From Nephila pilipes (taxonomy: Eukaryota): 28,320 nucleotides of DNA. Below, piece after piece: positions 1 to 11,907 of this stretch (its first letter is position 1; every line of letters begins with the position of its first letter). The notes beneath the pieces were generated by a model. It was not told where the DNA came from. It did not search any database and worked only from the letters and a program-made list of their open reading frames with translations. The position numbers and the translations under genes are program-made. Where the stretch lies: the NCBI GenBank assembly GCA_019974015.1, contig BMAW01101096.1:406909-435228 (forward strand), in the 5' to 3' direction.

Positions 1-430
1 TAAAATGCGTCAAATAGCTTAAATCCTTTGCTTTTTCATTCTAAAAAAAATTGCAAACATGTAAATAAAATTTATTTTTGTGTTTACTAATTATCCTAAT
101 TTGTACAGGAAAATCCCGCTGTATGCCCTCTTTCGTAAAAAACTGTTTCTTACTTTTCACATTTATCGTTATTTCTTAAAAAATACACCTCCTGTTTAAT
201 TCTTAGCGTCTTTATTTCATTAAGGATTATTAATTTAAGATATTACTTCAATATTTGTGTATAACTTTCAGTATCGATTATCAACAGTGCTTTTAAAATT
301 CGAAAGTGGAGCAAAAACACCCGAAATAACAGACTACAAGTATAATAAGCCTTTTAAGGACTTGCTTGAATTTTTCTCTTTTTTTTTTTTTAAATGTGGT
401 TTCCTACGGGGTTAATATTATTGTTCAGGT

Positions 431-458
431 CCCCCCCCCCCCAAAAAAAAAGGGGGGG
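431..458. repeat. Homopolymer triplet C12-A9-G7 (potential G:C-stemmed hairpin with an A loop)
   Basis: ggtccccccccccccaaaaaaaaagggggggtatg, read directly from the sequence. Confidence 0.9.
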
Positions 459-534
459 TATGTGTAAAACGTTATTAATTATTTTCAATTTTTTTTGTTT
501 TAAACTCACTTTGGTAAGCATTTTTTTTTTTTTT

Positions 535-817
535 GTGGCCTCGGTAGCTTATGGATCATGATCGCGGCCGCGCGTTTTCGTTGAGTCGTAGATTCGAGCA
601 TTGATGGCACAAAAGACCCGCCATGTAGCCAGGGCTGATGCACGTTAAATCTGTAGTGTCTCAAAGTCCTCACGTTGGCGTGGTGTGGAAGTTAGGAGTG
701 GGAGGTGCCAGCTCAGGTGTCATCCTCGTCACTTGACCAAGGTTCAAAATTACGAGGTACGTTGCTATTCGCCATCGTGTTGCTTCGAGTACAACGTTAA
801 TAAAACCAACCAACCAC
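535..817 (+). mobile_element. tRNA-derived SINE, copy 1 (full length, ~283 bp)
   Basis: The head is tRNA-like: gtggcctcggtagcttatggatcatg...gtagattcgagc, with A-box and B-box-like motifs. The conserved core is ggctgatgcacgttaaatctgtag...tcaaagtcctc. The 3' domain is gtcatcctcgtcacttgaccaaggttcaaaattacgagg...gccatcgtgttgcttcgag. The tail is cgttaataaaaccaaccaacc. It is flanked by T-runs. It contains a NotI site, gcggccgc, at 564-571. Confidence 0.8.
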
Positions 818-3570
818 TTTTTTTTTATTAACAATATCAAAAAAGTAAAACATATAATGTGCTATGTATAAAGAACAAATCACTTTATGAAACTTCAAAA
901 TTAATTGGATGAATACTATTAAATCTTAACGGTAAATTCAGCATTTTACACCTATTAACAGCATTGGTTTTTAACCGATAAGATTAAAACCTAGACGTAA
1001 CTATACTCGTATCAGCCTCTTAAACATAACAACTCTGATAAAAATCGCTGTGCTCGCAAGAAGCTTTTAAAAGATTAATATAAATGAAATTGTTTCAGAC
1101 TCACACACACAATGTCACAAAAATTGGCTATCTGATTATTAGATTCGAACCTAATGTTACATTCCATAGAAAATAAGTTTCGACAAGTTTTCAGAATTTT
1201 TTTATAAATCAATTAATTTTAGTTTTATTTCATATTAATATCAATATGTTTCTGGATTATATTCCTATTTAGATTTCAATATATGTATTTCTTCCTATTT
1301 GGTCATAAAAACTTTCTAAGGATCGTACATATTAATTTTTTATTTACTAAGATTTCTCTCCTTATTTGCGCTCGATGTCTAGTAGTTCTATGGACTGTAA
1401 AAGACCTTGAAAAATTTAATGCTTTTTCATTTTCAAATAAGCACGGGAAAGAGGATTCTTCAAGAAATTTGCGATAGCAATTTTCAAAGTTAAAGTTGCC
1501 TCTAATCTTAATTAATAGTCACTTTCAAATATATTTCCTTAGCGGACGACATATTATAGGGATTTTGCGGTAAAGAAGGCAGAGAATGAAACTGAGCTTT
1601 GTTGCTGAAGCGGAAGAAGAAGTGGTCTTCTCCAATCGTAAGAAACGAATTCTTTGCCTACAGAAAAATCACAAATAATTCATGATTAAGTGAGATATAA
1701 ATTTCAGTAGAATTCTCTGAATATAAGGCTATATTAACATTTTTTTTTTTTTTTTTTTTGAAATTATCAAATGAAATATTAGATCATCCAATCATTAGGA
1801 TCATACTCATAAAGAAAAATTCCATAAAATACGAAAAGCAAAATAGCTCAAAATTTTTCCACTACGTAATAGTATATTTGAAAAATCTCATAATACAATC
1901 ATTTTTTGTCAAATGTCATATTATCAGTTCAAATTATCTAATTATCATTGTAGCGGGGACTCTATGGCATTTTCCCTCCAACTAACACTTTGGAAATTTT
2001 TGTGATGATATTGTTTGAATTGAAAACTTCTCCCAATAAATGAGACGTGACTAATGTTGATTGAACAAGAGTTATATTTGATAAATTGCATTTACAAAGA
2101 GCGAAGAATTTCATTCTGAAGTTGTTCGTATAATAAGTGATAGTGAGTTTAAGTTATTATGTAAAACATCTGTATCAGACCTACTTTGAATAAGAAGCTT
2201 TAGGAATGAACCCATATATGATCTACAAAAGGTTAAGGGATCGAATCCTCGTCAACAAATCTTCAAAGGATTCGACCCGGTTGGTTATATAAGACAAAAA
2301 TTAATCTATTATTTTAAACATTAGATCAGACGCGTATAGAAATTGTTGCCATCGATGAAGTAGATTAGGGATTAAATACTGATCATTCGTAAATCTGAAT
2401 AAAATAATTTCGTTATCATCTTTGTTGGAGTCTCTATTCATTTGACTGTGACTAGTGACTCTTACATACTGAGAAGGAAAGAAGAAAGAAGTAATAACGA
2501 GGCATTACATAATGATAAAATTGTAAAATAATAAAAATAATAAAATTTAATGATAACAAAATTCTCTTGTTTAAAAATTAATTTAACATGCTTTAAATAA
2601 ATGTTTTAGTTAACTCGTAAGTGTAAAGTAAATAAAAATATTTTTCTTGTTCTATGAAAGTGGAATATTTAATGTTAGGCACTCCATCAAAAGCCATCTT
2701 GAAAGATGGTATTGGTATTGCTGTAGAAAAACTGAAGGCGTGGATGGTATTTTACTGTCGGCTACTAAAATATTCGCTGCTGTTGGGGGTACGTATATTT
2801 AACAAGACTAGTAATAGTGTTGTGGTTCTTTATCAATAATTATGCATAATTAGAAACTTCAACTACAATATTTTTCGTAAAATGTTTGTTATATTGGCTG
2901 GACGATTAATTTAGCATGCTTCATGTAGAGGAAAATGTTTTGTAAGCACATGCGCCAATTTTTGCACAACATTCTTTAACATACTTCGGCAACTTTCATA
3001 GTGTTTTTTGAAACATTCGGTGGAGTTCATTAGGAAATGATTAAAATGAGTAGTGCAGTACCTGCGATCGTATGCGAGCATTGAATACTTTTTTTCTTAT
3101 TTCTATCTCTGATCTATCATCTTATTTTCTTATACACTAACTAACTACTGGAGAGTTTAGAAGTGTTCATATGGGCATAAGGACAACTCCGTCTATTTAA
3201 CAATAACAAAAAAAAAAAAGATATTTATTCTTCTCTGAGATCGTTTCGCCCCCACTTCTTATAATGAAGTTCGGATCGTGTCTCTTTCAAGACACTCACA
3301 ATCCCTCACCTATACAAAAGAGGGGTTACCATATTTTTTTTCTCCTTGCCAACAGACGTCATATATATTACATGTGTAACCACCAACGTTTGGATGAAGG
3401 AAGGAGAGAGGGAATTGAGCCGAGAAATTTGCGGAAGGGCAATCTCAAGACCAAATTGCTAGAGGTATTAATTTAAAGTCCAGAGTTGTGTACACAACTT
3501 ATAGAGACAGTAAAATAAGAATGAATCCGTAGTGAGAAGTTCTGAGCAAGGTTGTCCAAGAGCCACGGCA

Positions 3571-3620
3571 ACAATAAATAATATTTAAATATTATACAAT
3601 AAATAATATTTAAATATTAT
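3571..3620. repeat. 25-bp tandem duplication (acaataaataatatttaaatattat x2)
   Basis: Two exact adjacent copies. Confidence 0.85.
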
Positions 3621-3811
3621 TTCTTGTATAGTATAAATATGAATAATAATATTAAATATGAATAGCTTGGCGGAACTGCCAGGACATCCTACACTTAATA
3701 CTTTAAAGTATATTTCAAAAAAGTTGACTTAACATTTAATATTATTTTAGACCATATTAAAAGTCCAAAGTGGATTGGAATATCATGGATCCCATAATAC
3801 TGTCAATTTTT

Positions 3812-4097
3812 TGTTGTTGTTGGTTTTATTAACGTCACACTAGAAGCAACACGAGAGCTATTGGTGACAGACCTCGTAATTTTGAGAATCGGTCAAGTGA
3901 CGAGGATGACACCTGAGCTGGCACCTCCCTCTCCTAACTTCAACACCATACCAATGCGAGGACTTTGGACCCCGACAGATTTAACGTGAATCAGCCCCGG
4001 TTATACGAAGGGTCTTTAGTAGCATCAAGACTCGAATCTGCGACTCGACGAAAACCGCCAGACTCGAGTTCGCAGCCATAGGCAACCATAAGGCTGT
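3812..4097 (-). mobile_element. tRNA-derived SINE, copy 2 (full length, inverted relative to copy 1)
   Basis: The reverse complement aligns along the whole length with copy 1. The tail is ttgttgttgttggttttattaacgtcac (rc), then ...cctcgtaattttgagaatcggtcaagtgacgaggatgacacctgagctgg...ttaacgtgaatcagccc...gactcgaatctgcgactcgac... Confidence 0.8.
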
Positions 4098-5204
4098 CAA
4101 ATGTGAGATAGTAAGTCACTTTTCTACTTAACTGAAATTCCTTCAGCTTTATTGGATATTCATGAACACAAATAAAATTTGAGCGTATGAAACAAACTTT
4201 ATTTTCTCGATGCAAAGATTCAGTTAAGTTCCTTTCAATGAGAAAAGAGTACGTAGTTCAATAAAAAGAAAAAAGCATTATTGTGAATTAATTTAAAATT
4301 ACTAGCTTTATTTTCAGGACAATTATTAATTATATTTAAAAAATGCTGTTGTACGAATGTATGATCGTACAGAATTATATACATGACTCGTGTTTCTCAT
4401 TTTGTAAGTTTGGGTCTGTACAAAGTAGACCCAATTTAAATTAACGTGTTTTTATTATTCTCTTCGACAATCTTTAGAAAGATCAGAACTCAAACAGCTT
4501 ATTTGAGCTCCACCTCCAATAAAATATAAGATTCTACTATTCATTTTCATAGGCTTCAATCTATCAAAGCTATTTTTTATAATCCAATTTGGATCGAATT
4601 GTATTTATTGTTGTTCATATGTAATAAGTGATCGTTAAATATTATATTACCATAAAATATTTCGTCTAAGACTTCTTTGAGAAATATTGATCGCAGATTG
4701 CCCTTTAAAGATGAAAATTAATATGCATTTTCTGTAGAATATAATTTTAAATATTATAATCAATTTGATATATTTACCTTTTTAAATAGCTCCATAATGA
4801 AATCTTTTAAGAAAATAATGAAAAAATATTTGTTAATTTTTTTTTTAAATTTTTAACTAGTCTTTTGATTTTAGTATTTGATAAATGACCAATTTGATAT
4901 TAATCTGCTTAGTAAGAATCTAAAAGTAAAAAATTTCATTAATATTATCTATTTTTAAGACATTTATTGTTTAGATAAAAGTAAGTTGATTTTGAAAGTT
5001 AGTAGTTTTGAAAGTAACAATAATTAAACTTTCGTTTTTAATCTAATGTATCATTCTTTTAAAATAATATTTCCTTGTGCTTCATCTATTCTTAGCTATC
5101 CATATATTTTCTTTGAAAGGATTTTCTCAATTTTTAATTCTCTTGTACGTAAACTAGCATTCTCTGATCACAAAAATCCGAAAATGTGACCAGTTACACC
5201 TTTT

Positions 5205-5508
5205 CCTTTCACCAATCAGTCTACTTAATTTCAGATATTCCTTTTTTGCCTACCAAATCAACTAATTCGCGGCAGGTGCTAAACAAATGAACTGCAAATC
5301 TTCGTAACCATAAACGGAGAACCCTGAGGCTACTGACGAGTTTACCTGAATCATCGTAGGTGGGGAACCAGTGCTGTGATGTTTTCGACCCACTTTTTTT
5401 CACTCTGAACTTGATTCCAATCAGTCGCCGAGTAGAAAACGTCCCCTTAAAACGCCCTTTCGATGCTGCGTAAATGATAATGTAAACACAGCGATATATT
5501 GTTCCAAG
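5205..5508 (+). promoter_or_regulatory. Candidate proximal promoter / 5'UTR region of the agrin-like gene with two NF-Y-type CCAAT boxes (direct 10-mer repeat ccaatcagtc)
   Basis: accaatcagtc occurs at 5211-5221 and tccaatcagtcg at 5415-5426. These fit the NF-Y consensus CCAATCAG and lie about 300 and 92 bp upstream of the ATG at 5509. The region is locally less AT-rich than its surroundings. I saw no clear TATA box, and the TSS is unknown. Confidence 0.2.
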
Positions 5509-5923
5509 ATGCTTTCGAATAAATTATACATCTTGTTGTTGGGTGCTATAGTTTTCCAAATCACCGCCATTGATGCGAGACGAAGACGTTTTAGAGAATG
5601 TCCAGAGGAGAGATTAAAAGTTCGGGAAGGTATGGCAGATGTTGTACTTACTGGTACTGTCAAGCGACTGTATAGTGGCCAAGATAATCTATATAGTGGA
5701 GAAGTTTTGGTAAAGAGGGTTGTGAAGGGGGATCATCTAAGTTCTGGCGAATCACTTCTAGTTGAAGGTTTTGGCAATGCTGAGATTTGCTCTAGTAAAG
5801 CAGTTGTGAGAGACACAAAAATATTCCTTTTGAGTCAACTAGAAACTGGAAGATTTAGACTTAATTCAAGTATGGTCAGAATCAACGCACCAAATTTGGA
5901 TAAAATAACAGCTACGGTGAAAG
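5509..5923 (+). CDS. AGRN: Agrin-like first coding exon: signal peptide plus NtA (N-terminal agrin, laminin-binding) domain; ends at a GT donor (AAAG|GTAAAATAAG), phase 1
   Basis: ORF 5509-5961 translates to MLSNKLYILLLGAIVFQITAIDA, a hydrophobic signal peptide. It continues ...ECPEERLKVREGMADVVLTGTVKRL...LLVEGFGNAEIC...DTKIFLL...RLNSSMVRINAPNLDKI. This aligns motif-for-motif with the vertebrate agrin NtA domain ([24 protein letters not shown] ... ISGFGDPLIC ... DTRIFFV ... LMLNSSLMRITLRNLEEV). A canonical donor gtaaaataagt follows codon position 1 at 5923. Confidence 0.75.
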
Positions 5924-7651
5924 GTAAAATAAGTCTTTATTATTTAGGATACATAGCGTAATTTTTAAATCAAAGCTCATTATTGTTCAGATTAAATTTA
6001 AATGATGATTGTTTTTAAAAGAAATATGAAAAATCCCAAAAATTGTGCAAAATTCAAAAACAAATAACTTTTTAAATCTAAGGTGCATATTAGTTTTTAC
6101 TTCGAAAATTCTTGTATTTTTTTTTATTTAATGTGTTAAAATAAACCATTTAAAAGCCTAAAATTTTCAAACATATATTATACGAGAATGAAACTCTTTC
6201 CAAAATTTCAAATATTGAAAATAATCAATAAAATTAAACATTTCAGCATTGTTATATTTGAAATAATTTCATAATAATTTTTTTATATTGGAGCAAACAT
6301 TTCTATCAGTTTATTAAATCAGGTGCATGAATTTCAAATTCATGCCTTATGATTTCAATTTTTCATTTTATCAACAATGAAGTCATATTATTGTGCCGGA
6401 TTTGTTAACTAATTCATAGTATAGATTGATAAAATTATATTCAGACTTAACTTTAAAAACTTGCTATGTAACATTTAATGCAAAATTTAATTATTCGTTA
6501 CATCGCGCATTACGCATTGCAGCTTTTAAATTAATTTAATTATCAATTTTAAATTAACATATCTTTTTTTAGTACTTTAAATAGTTAATTTCCTTACATG
6601 ATTTTTTAATAACTGCAAAAAACGAAAAAAACTCTTAAAATTTATAATTTAAAATTTACATATTTCCAGATTGCTATAATTTTATAATACTTTTAATATA
6701 TATTTTAGGAGCAAATATTAATATTTTCTAAAATATATTAATTCTCTATAAGTTTTCATAAAATCTTATGTAAGTCGATATTCTTTTCATATAATTTAAT
6801 TTAATTTGTTTTTCATAATTGTACAAAAAAGTCTAATATATATTAGTATTATAATTAACTGTACCAGTAATACAATTAATTTAATCAAATTAAAATTACT
6901 TAAAAGTAAAAACTGATAATAGAGAAAATAAAGATAAAATTTTTCCATTATTCAATTCTCATAAAGAAAAAAAGGAATTATTGAAAAAATGAATCAAATT
7001 AGACAATTTATAACTTCAAAACACTCCACTGAATTGAGTATTTCGAGTGATGGTTCAAAGTGTTTATTAATTATTACGTGATGGCAGAATTAGAATAGAA
7101 AGTTAAAATGGGAATTAAAATGACTGAAATTACTTAAAATAATGTTTAAGATAAATTTATTTGAGTTTTCTAGTTTCTTTTTTCGAAATGCATTCTAAAT
7201 ACATTATATTCAATAAACCTTTAGCAGCAAACAAGTTTGTAAAATAAATTATCCTGGACATATTCCGAACATATTTGAAAGTAATACGACATCATTCGTT
7301 CAATACATTTGGTTTCTATGGTGTATTGTTTGCTTTTGAAATATATTTAATTTGGTAGATTTTAATAAATCTGAGATTCTTGTAGTTAAAATATGAAGCA
7401 TCACCATCAAATGTTAGAGAAATTTAACATTGCGAAACAAGAACTACAAATATGGATAATTTTATTCAGCACCATGTTGTTAAATAAAGGAAGTTTCAGG
7501 TTGTCGCAATAGGTACGAACGGAAATAAGAAGAAACGCCTTATCAAAAACATAAGCTGAACGAGAGTTAAATGTTTAATTACATGCTTACCTATTTTTAT
7601 ATGATAGTTTGATCATGATTTTCGCTAATCTTTTACATACATATACATACA

Positions 7652-7654
<3 letters not shown>

Positions 7655-7688
<34 letters not shown>
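7655..7688. repeat. (AT)n microsatellite
   Basis: atatatatat... about 17 units. Confidence 0.95.
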
Positions 7689-7690
<2 letters not shown>

Positions 7691-8100
7691 TAGAAAAAAA
7701 CCAGCCTTACAGTCTAAGGCCTGTTACAATATTAAACATATCATACTCCATTCACTTGCTTTTCTTCAATAGTTGATTTAATTCAGTTTTTCAATTTATC
7801 CATGTCTTTGTGATAATGTTGATTGTTAACAATTTATTTTTTTGTTTAATTTACCTTCTTTTGAAAGTTTCTATAGTATATATTTTTCTTCTTTTATGGT
7901 TAAATTTGCATATTTATTTTAATTTTTATTCGATTCTTTGTTTATAATTTTGTTTACTATTCTGCTTCCAAGCAAATGCGCTTAAACTTATCAGGGTTAA
8001 TGTAAATATTTCGTGTTTTTGTCACAAGTCTAATATTACGCAATATTTAGTTATAAATTATATCCCTAAAATTCTCAGATTTAATGAACTTCTAAATAAA

Positions 8101-8395
8101 GGGATCGCGATAGTCCAGAGGCATGGTTAAGCACTGACGATTTGTGGTTTTTGTCGAGTTATGGGTTCGAGCCTGTGAAGCCAAGAAAGATCCACTGTGT
8201 AGCCGGGGCTGTTGCACGCTAAATCTGTCGAGGCTCAAAGACTTCCCATTGGTGTTGTGTGGAAGTTAGGAGAAGGATGTATCAGCTCAGGTGTCATCCT
8301 CGTCACTATACCGAGATTCAATATTACAATGGTCCGTCGCCAATAGCCCTCGTGTTTCTTCCCGTCCGACGCTTATAAAACCAAATAAACCAACC
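8101..8395 (+). mobile_element. tRNA-derived SINE, copy 3 (full length)
   Basis: The head is gggatcgcgatagtccagaggcatggttaagcactgacg...tatgggttcgagcc (A box and B box). The core is ggctgttgcacgctaaatctgtcgagg. The 3' domain is gtcatcctcgtcactataccgagattcaatattacaatgg...caatagccctcgtgtttcttc. The tail is ttataaaaccaaataaaccaacc. Confidence 0.8.
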
Positions 8396-8655
8396 TAAAT
8401 AAAGGTACTTTATGAATCCCAAAGGAAAAATTATCCCTTTTATCACATATACATATACAAAGTTTTCCGCTCTTCTATTTACAAAAAATATCTAAATATT
8501 CCGCTTCATTTATATTAATATTAGTTTGAAAGAAATTTACATACTCTGGATAAAAAGATAAGACTGGTTTAACATCTTTATTCATTTGAAAAAAAAAATA
8601 ACATCATCCATGTATCAAAACATTCTAAAACTATCATAATTAAAAAATTATCGTC

Positions 8656-8672
8656 ATAAAAATGTAAAAAAA
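8656..8672. repeat. Left target-site duplication of the LINE insertion (ataaaaatgtaaaaaaa)
   Basis: This is an exact 17-mer that is also present at 10114-10130, immediately after the element tail. Confidence 0.6.
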
Positions 8673-10113
8673 CCCCATTTAACCTACATATCAGAGAAGT
8701 GTGAAAAGCTGCAACAGGGATTGGGCAGAGTTGCACGAAACACTTATGGCATCAATTTTAACGTGCATTCACTTATCTATAAACAAGGAATTCAACCGTT
8801 CATTATGTACGGCTCAAGGGTTTGGGGTGTTTCGTTAAAGAAGAAAATAAATTCTAAACTTTTGAGACGGATCCAAAGACGAATACTCCTACGAGCTATT
8901 TCTGGATATCGAACTTTAAGTTATGAAGCTGTGTTTATAATTTCTGGTTTTCCGCCAATTGACATTGTTATTTTAAATGACATTGGTCTCAGAGAAAAGC
9001 TCGCAGCCTCTTCCTCTTCAGGTTATGATTGTGTTTTGCTTCCCTCTGATCTTCCCCACCCTTCAGAGAGAAATGCCATACAATTGATTGAATATAGTTC
9101 AAACTCTGAGGAAGAATTCCCTATCACGGTTTTTACTGATGGCAGGGTGGGTTTTGGTTTTGTTGTCTTTCGGAAAGGTATTGAAGTTCAGTACTTACAA
9201 TACAGAATCAGAGACGAGTGTACTGTTTATGTGGCTGAACTTTTATGCTTAAATTTCGCCATCAAGTGGATTGTTCAACAAAACTGTGTTGCTTCGAACT
9301 ATTTGATCTGTTCTGATTCACTCTCATCCTTGGAAACATTAAAAAACATTTCTTCCTCGAATGATATTGTTGTTGAAATTCAACAGCATCTCAAACACCT
9401 CAAAGATCAGAACATTACTGTTTGTTTTTCTTTTGTACGTGGACATTCTGGTATTTATGGCAACGAAAGGGCTGACTTTCTGGCAAAGACTGCCACGAAG
9501 CGGGAAATTGATCTTAATGTTAATATTCCTCAATCCTATTTTAAAAAGATTATGAGGGAAAGTGTCCTGAAATCATGGAACGAAATATATATTGAATCAA
9601 ATACAGCAAGCATCACGAAAAGATTTTTTCCAGACGTCAATATAAGAATGTCTTACCATCACTTCTTCACTAGCTTTAAAATTACGCAATTTCTAACAGG
9701 TCACGGTAACTTTAAAAAATACCTGAATAGATTCAATTTAAGTTCGAGTACAATTTGCAACTGCAGCGCCGGAGGTGATGAGGACATTGAGCACATTCTG
9801 TTTCTATGTTCAAAATTTGTCTCACAGAGAAATATTCTTAAATTAGCTTTGAAAAAATTAAACATTAACTGGCCTCCAAATTTTAGTAATTTAATTTCTA
9901 GTAAAAGTTCTTTTGTTCTTTTTATCAAATATATTGAAGATATTTATAATCCTTCTTAATTTTTGTTTGTACATTGTTTAATCACATGTTTTTGTTGTTC
10001 TTGCCTACTGTAATATAGTGTTTTATACTTACTTCTGTAAGCCCTGTGTGATACTTAGTGGTACACAGGGACGTTGTTTGTTATTCAATAAAAAAAAAAA
10101 AATAAATAAATAA
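8673..10113 (+). mobile_element. 5'-truncated non-LTR retrotransposon (RNase-H-containing I/LOA/R1-group LINE), 1.44 kb, with a poly-A/(TAAA)n 3' tail
   Basis: It contains the ORF2 C-terminal coding fragment described below. It ends ...ttattcaataaaaaaaaaaaaataaataaataaat. It is flanked by a 17 bp direct repeat ataaaaatgtaaaaaaa at 8656-8672 and 10114-10130, consistent with a target-site duplication. It lacks the 5' UTR, ORF1, endonuclease and most of the RT, which is typical of 5' truncation. Confidence 0.8.
8694..9959 (+). CDS. LINE ORF2 C-terminal fragment: RT thumb region, RNase H domain and C-terminal Cys/His motif (no internal stops)
   Basis: In the translation, IMYGSRVWG...LLRRIQRRILLRAISGYRT is the conserved post-RT motif of non-LTR elements. 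The RNase H motifs are FTDGRV (D), VYVAELLCL (E), ICSDSLSSL (D) and VRGHSGIYGNERADFLAK (H..D). It ends with FLTGHGNFKKYL...ICNCS...DIEHILFLC, the TGHG/CxC...H....C motif seen at the C-terminus of I-type elements. Confidence 0.8.
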   Translation, partial: EKCEKLQQGLGRVARNTYGINFNVHSLIYKQGIQPFIMYGSRVWGVSLKKKINSKLLRRIQRRILLRAISGYRTLSYEAVFIISGFPPIDIVILNDIGLREKLAASSSSGYDCVLLPSDLPHPSERNAIQLIEYSSNSEEEFPITVFTDGRVGFGFVVFRKGIEVQYLQYRIRDECTVYVAELLCLNFAIKWIVQQNCVASNYLICSDSLSSLETLKNISSSNDIVVEIQQHLKHLKDQNITVCFSFVRGHSGIYGNERADFLAKTATKREIDLNVNIPQSYFKKIMRESVLKSWNEIYIESNTASITKRFFPDVNIRMSYHHFFTSFKITQFLTGHGNFKKYLNRFNLSSSTICNCSAGGDEDIEHILFLCSKFVSQRNILKLALKKLNINWPPNFSNLISSKSSFVLFIKYIEDIYNPS

Positions 10114-10130
10114 ATAAAAATGTAAAAAAA
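10114..10130. repeat. Right target-site duplication of the LINE insertion
   Basis: This is an exact copy of 8656-8672. The exact boundary with the A-rich tail is ambiguous by a few bases. Confidence 0.6.
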
Positions 10131-10340
10131 TACTATCCAAGCAATTACTAGCACGTCCACCTTGTCGTATACCGTTAAACTGGGTATAAATCTTATTATT
10201 AAAAATACAAAATTTTCTTTCCAGCCAAACACATATACAACAAAGTAATTAAATTTTAAATATGCAATAACCTTATTAATATTAAATTTCTAATAAATCT
10301 CTTTTGGAACTTTAATAAGATCCTTTATGTCAAAAGCATC

Positions 10341-10376
10341 AAAAAAAAAAAAAAAAAGAAAGAAAGAAAGAAAGAA
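10341..10376. repeat. A17 followed by (GAAA)n microsatellite
   Basis: aaaaaaaaaaaaaaaaagaaagaaagaaagaaagaat. Confidence 0.95.
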
Positions 10377-10412
10377 TAAGTTTCATTTATTGTTACACAC
10401 TTACACACACAT

Positions 10413-10415
<3 letters not shown>

Positions 10416-10448
<33 letters not shown>
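10416..10448. repeat. (TA)n microsatellite preceded by a (CA)n-rich stretch
   Basis: ttacacacacatgtttatatatatatat... Confidence 0.95.
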
Positions 10449-10450
<2 letters not shown>

Positions 10451-11907
10451 TTAAATATAAAAATAGTAATTAGTGAAGGTGCTTGATTTGGCTTATGTTG
10501 GGTCTCTGGGTCTCTATGAAAGTATAATATGGGGGGGGGAATTAATATATCTTCTTTTGTGGAAGACTGTCTAAGTGTATAAACTAATTTCAAGTCTCAG
10601 CGTTTATTAAAAACAACTTGCTTTGAGTTAAACCACATTTGAGAAAGTTTTTCTTCCTTTGAAACACTCGTTTACTATAAATTACATATTATTCACAATA
10701 ACTACTTGCATGTCATGATACTATTTCATTCTTATTAAAAAGTTAGTTTTTTAAAATAATTCATCTGTACCACTGCCTTTAATTTTTATTGCTCTCAAAA
10801 TCAAAAATATAAGGATGTTTAAGGCAGAAAAATACCTGTTGATTTATTGCAATGATAACAAACTTAAGTTCATAAAACTAACTGAAATATGAAATCCGTA
10901 TTTGTTTATACCAGACCATTTAATTTCCTATTTTCGTTTAATATTACTATAATTTACCTGCAGCTGAAGTAGAAAAAGGGATAACAAAGGAATTCGTTAT
11001 GTATTCTTCTGAGATATAAAAAAAAAACCACAAAAGAATTTTTAAAATCATATTACTTTGAAAGTCAAATCCACTTATTAAAAATAAAAATTAAATGTAT
11101 CAGATTTGCTACAATGGAAGCCTCTCCATTTCATGAAAACCAATTGAAAAAGAAAATCAGATTCCCTTGAATGAGTTTTGACGAACGAAGATTTACACAT
11201 GGGGAATATATATCGCTTTCAATTTGTAGTTATAAAACACACACACATTTGACTTTAAATTTTTAAAGTACTATTTCCAAACGCTATCATAAAATGGTTA
11301 TTTAAAGAAAGGAGTGAAACAACATTTTATGCAGGTATATAAATAAAAAGCTTTGTGAATTTTTTTAAAAGCTCAGAAAGGAAAGCAGTTCTCAAAAAAT
11401 CTTGCTCACAACACCGATATTTTTTTGTAGACAGATTGATGGGCGTGAGAGAAATGAAGAGTGTAGAACAAAAAAAAAAACCTGTACTGATTCTGTGTAA
11501 TAAAAAGACGTGCTTAGTTATAACATTCAAGAATTGCCATTACTCATTCGCAATGCTATTTTTTTTTATTTTTTTTTTTATTATTTTCTTCGGTTTGTAA
11601 AATTCTTTCATAGAAAAACGAACAATAAACTGGAATATCAAAGAGATATTTCCTTTTTGTATGTTATGGTACAAGGTGAGATGTTTTGTTTAATTAAGTG
11701 GGTTATTGCAAAAAAGATTATATTCCGAAAATATGATGAATTACATTTATATAGCCATTTAGCCAACATTTGAGTTATTTATCCACAGAACGAAAAAAAA
11801 TATATATTATCTCATTTCATATAATAATGCAATAGTCTTACCGTCGTTGGGGTGAAAAGGAACAAAACAGATACATTTTTTCAGAATCTTACAATTTTTC
11901 CAATCCC

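Noticed and set aside
2225-2290. Two tRNA B-box-like motifs (gggatcgaatcc, ggattcgaccc)
   Set aside because: There is no matching A box, acceptor stem or cloverleaf. It is probably a decayed SINE or tRNA fragment or chance. It is not reportable as a tRNA gene.
3264-3476. 70-aa ORF (MKFGSCLFQDTHNPSP...)
   Set aside because: No recognisable domain. It lies in low-complexity sequence between repeats, and its length is within random expectation for this sequence.
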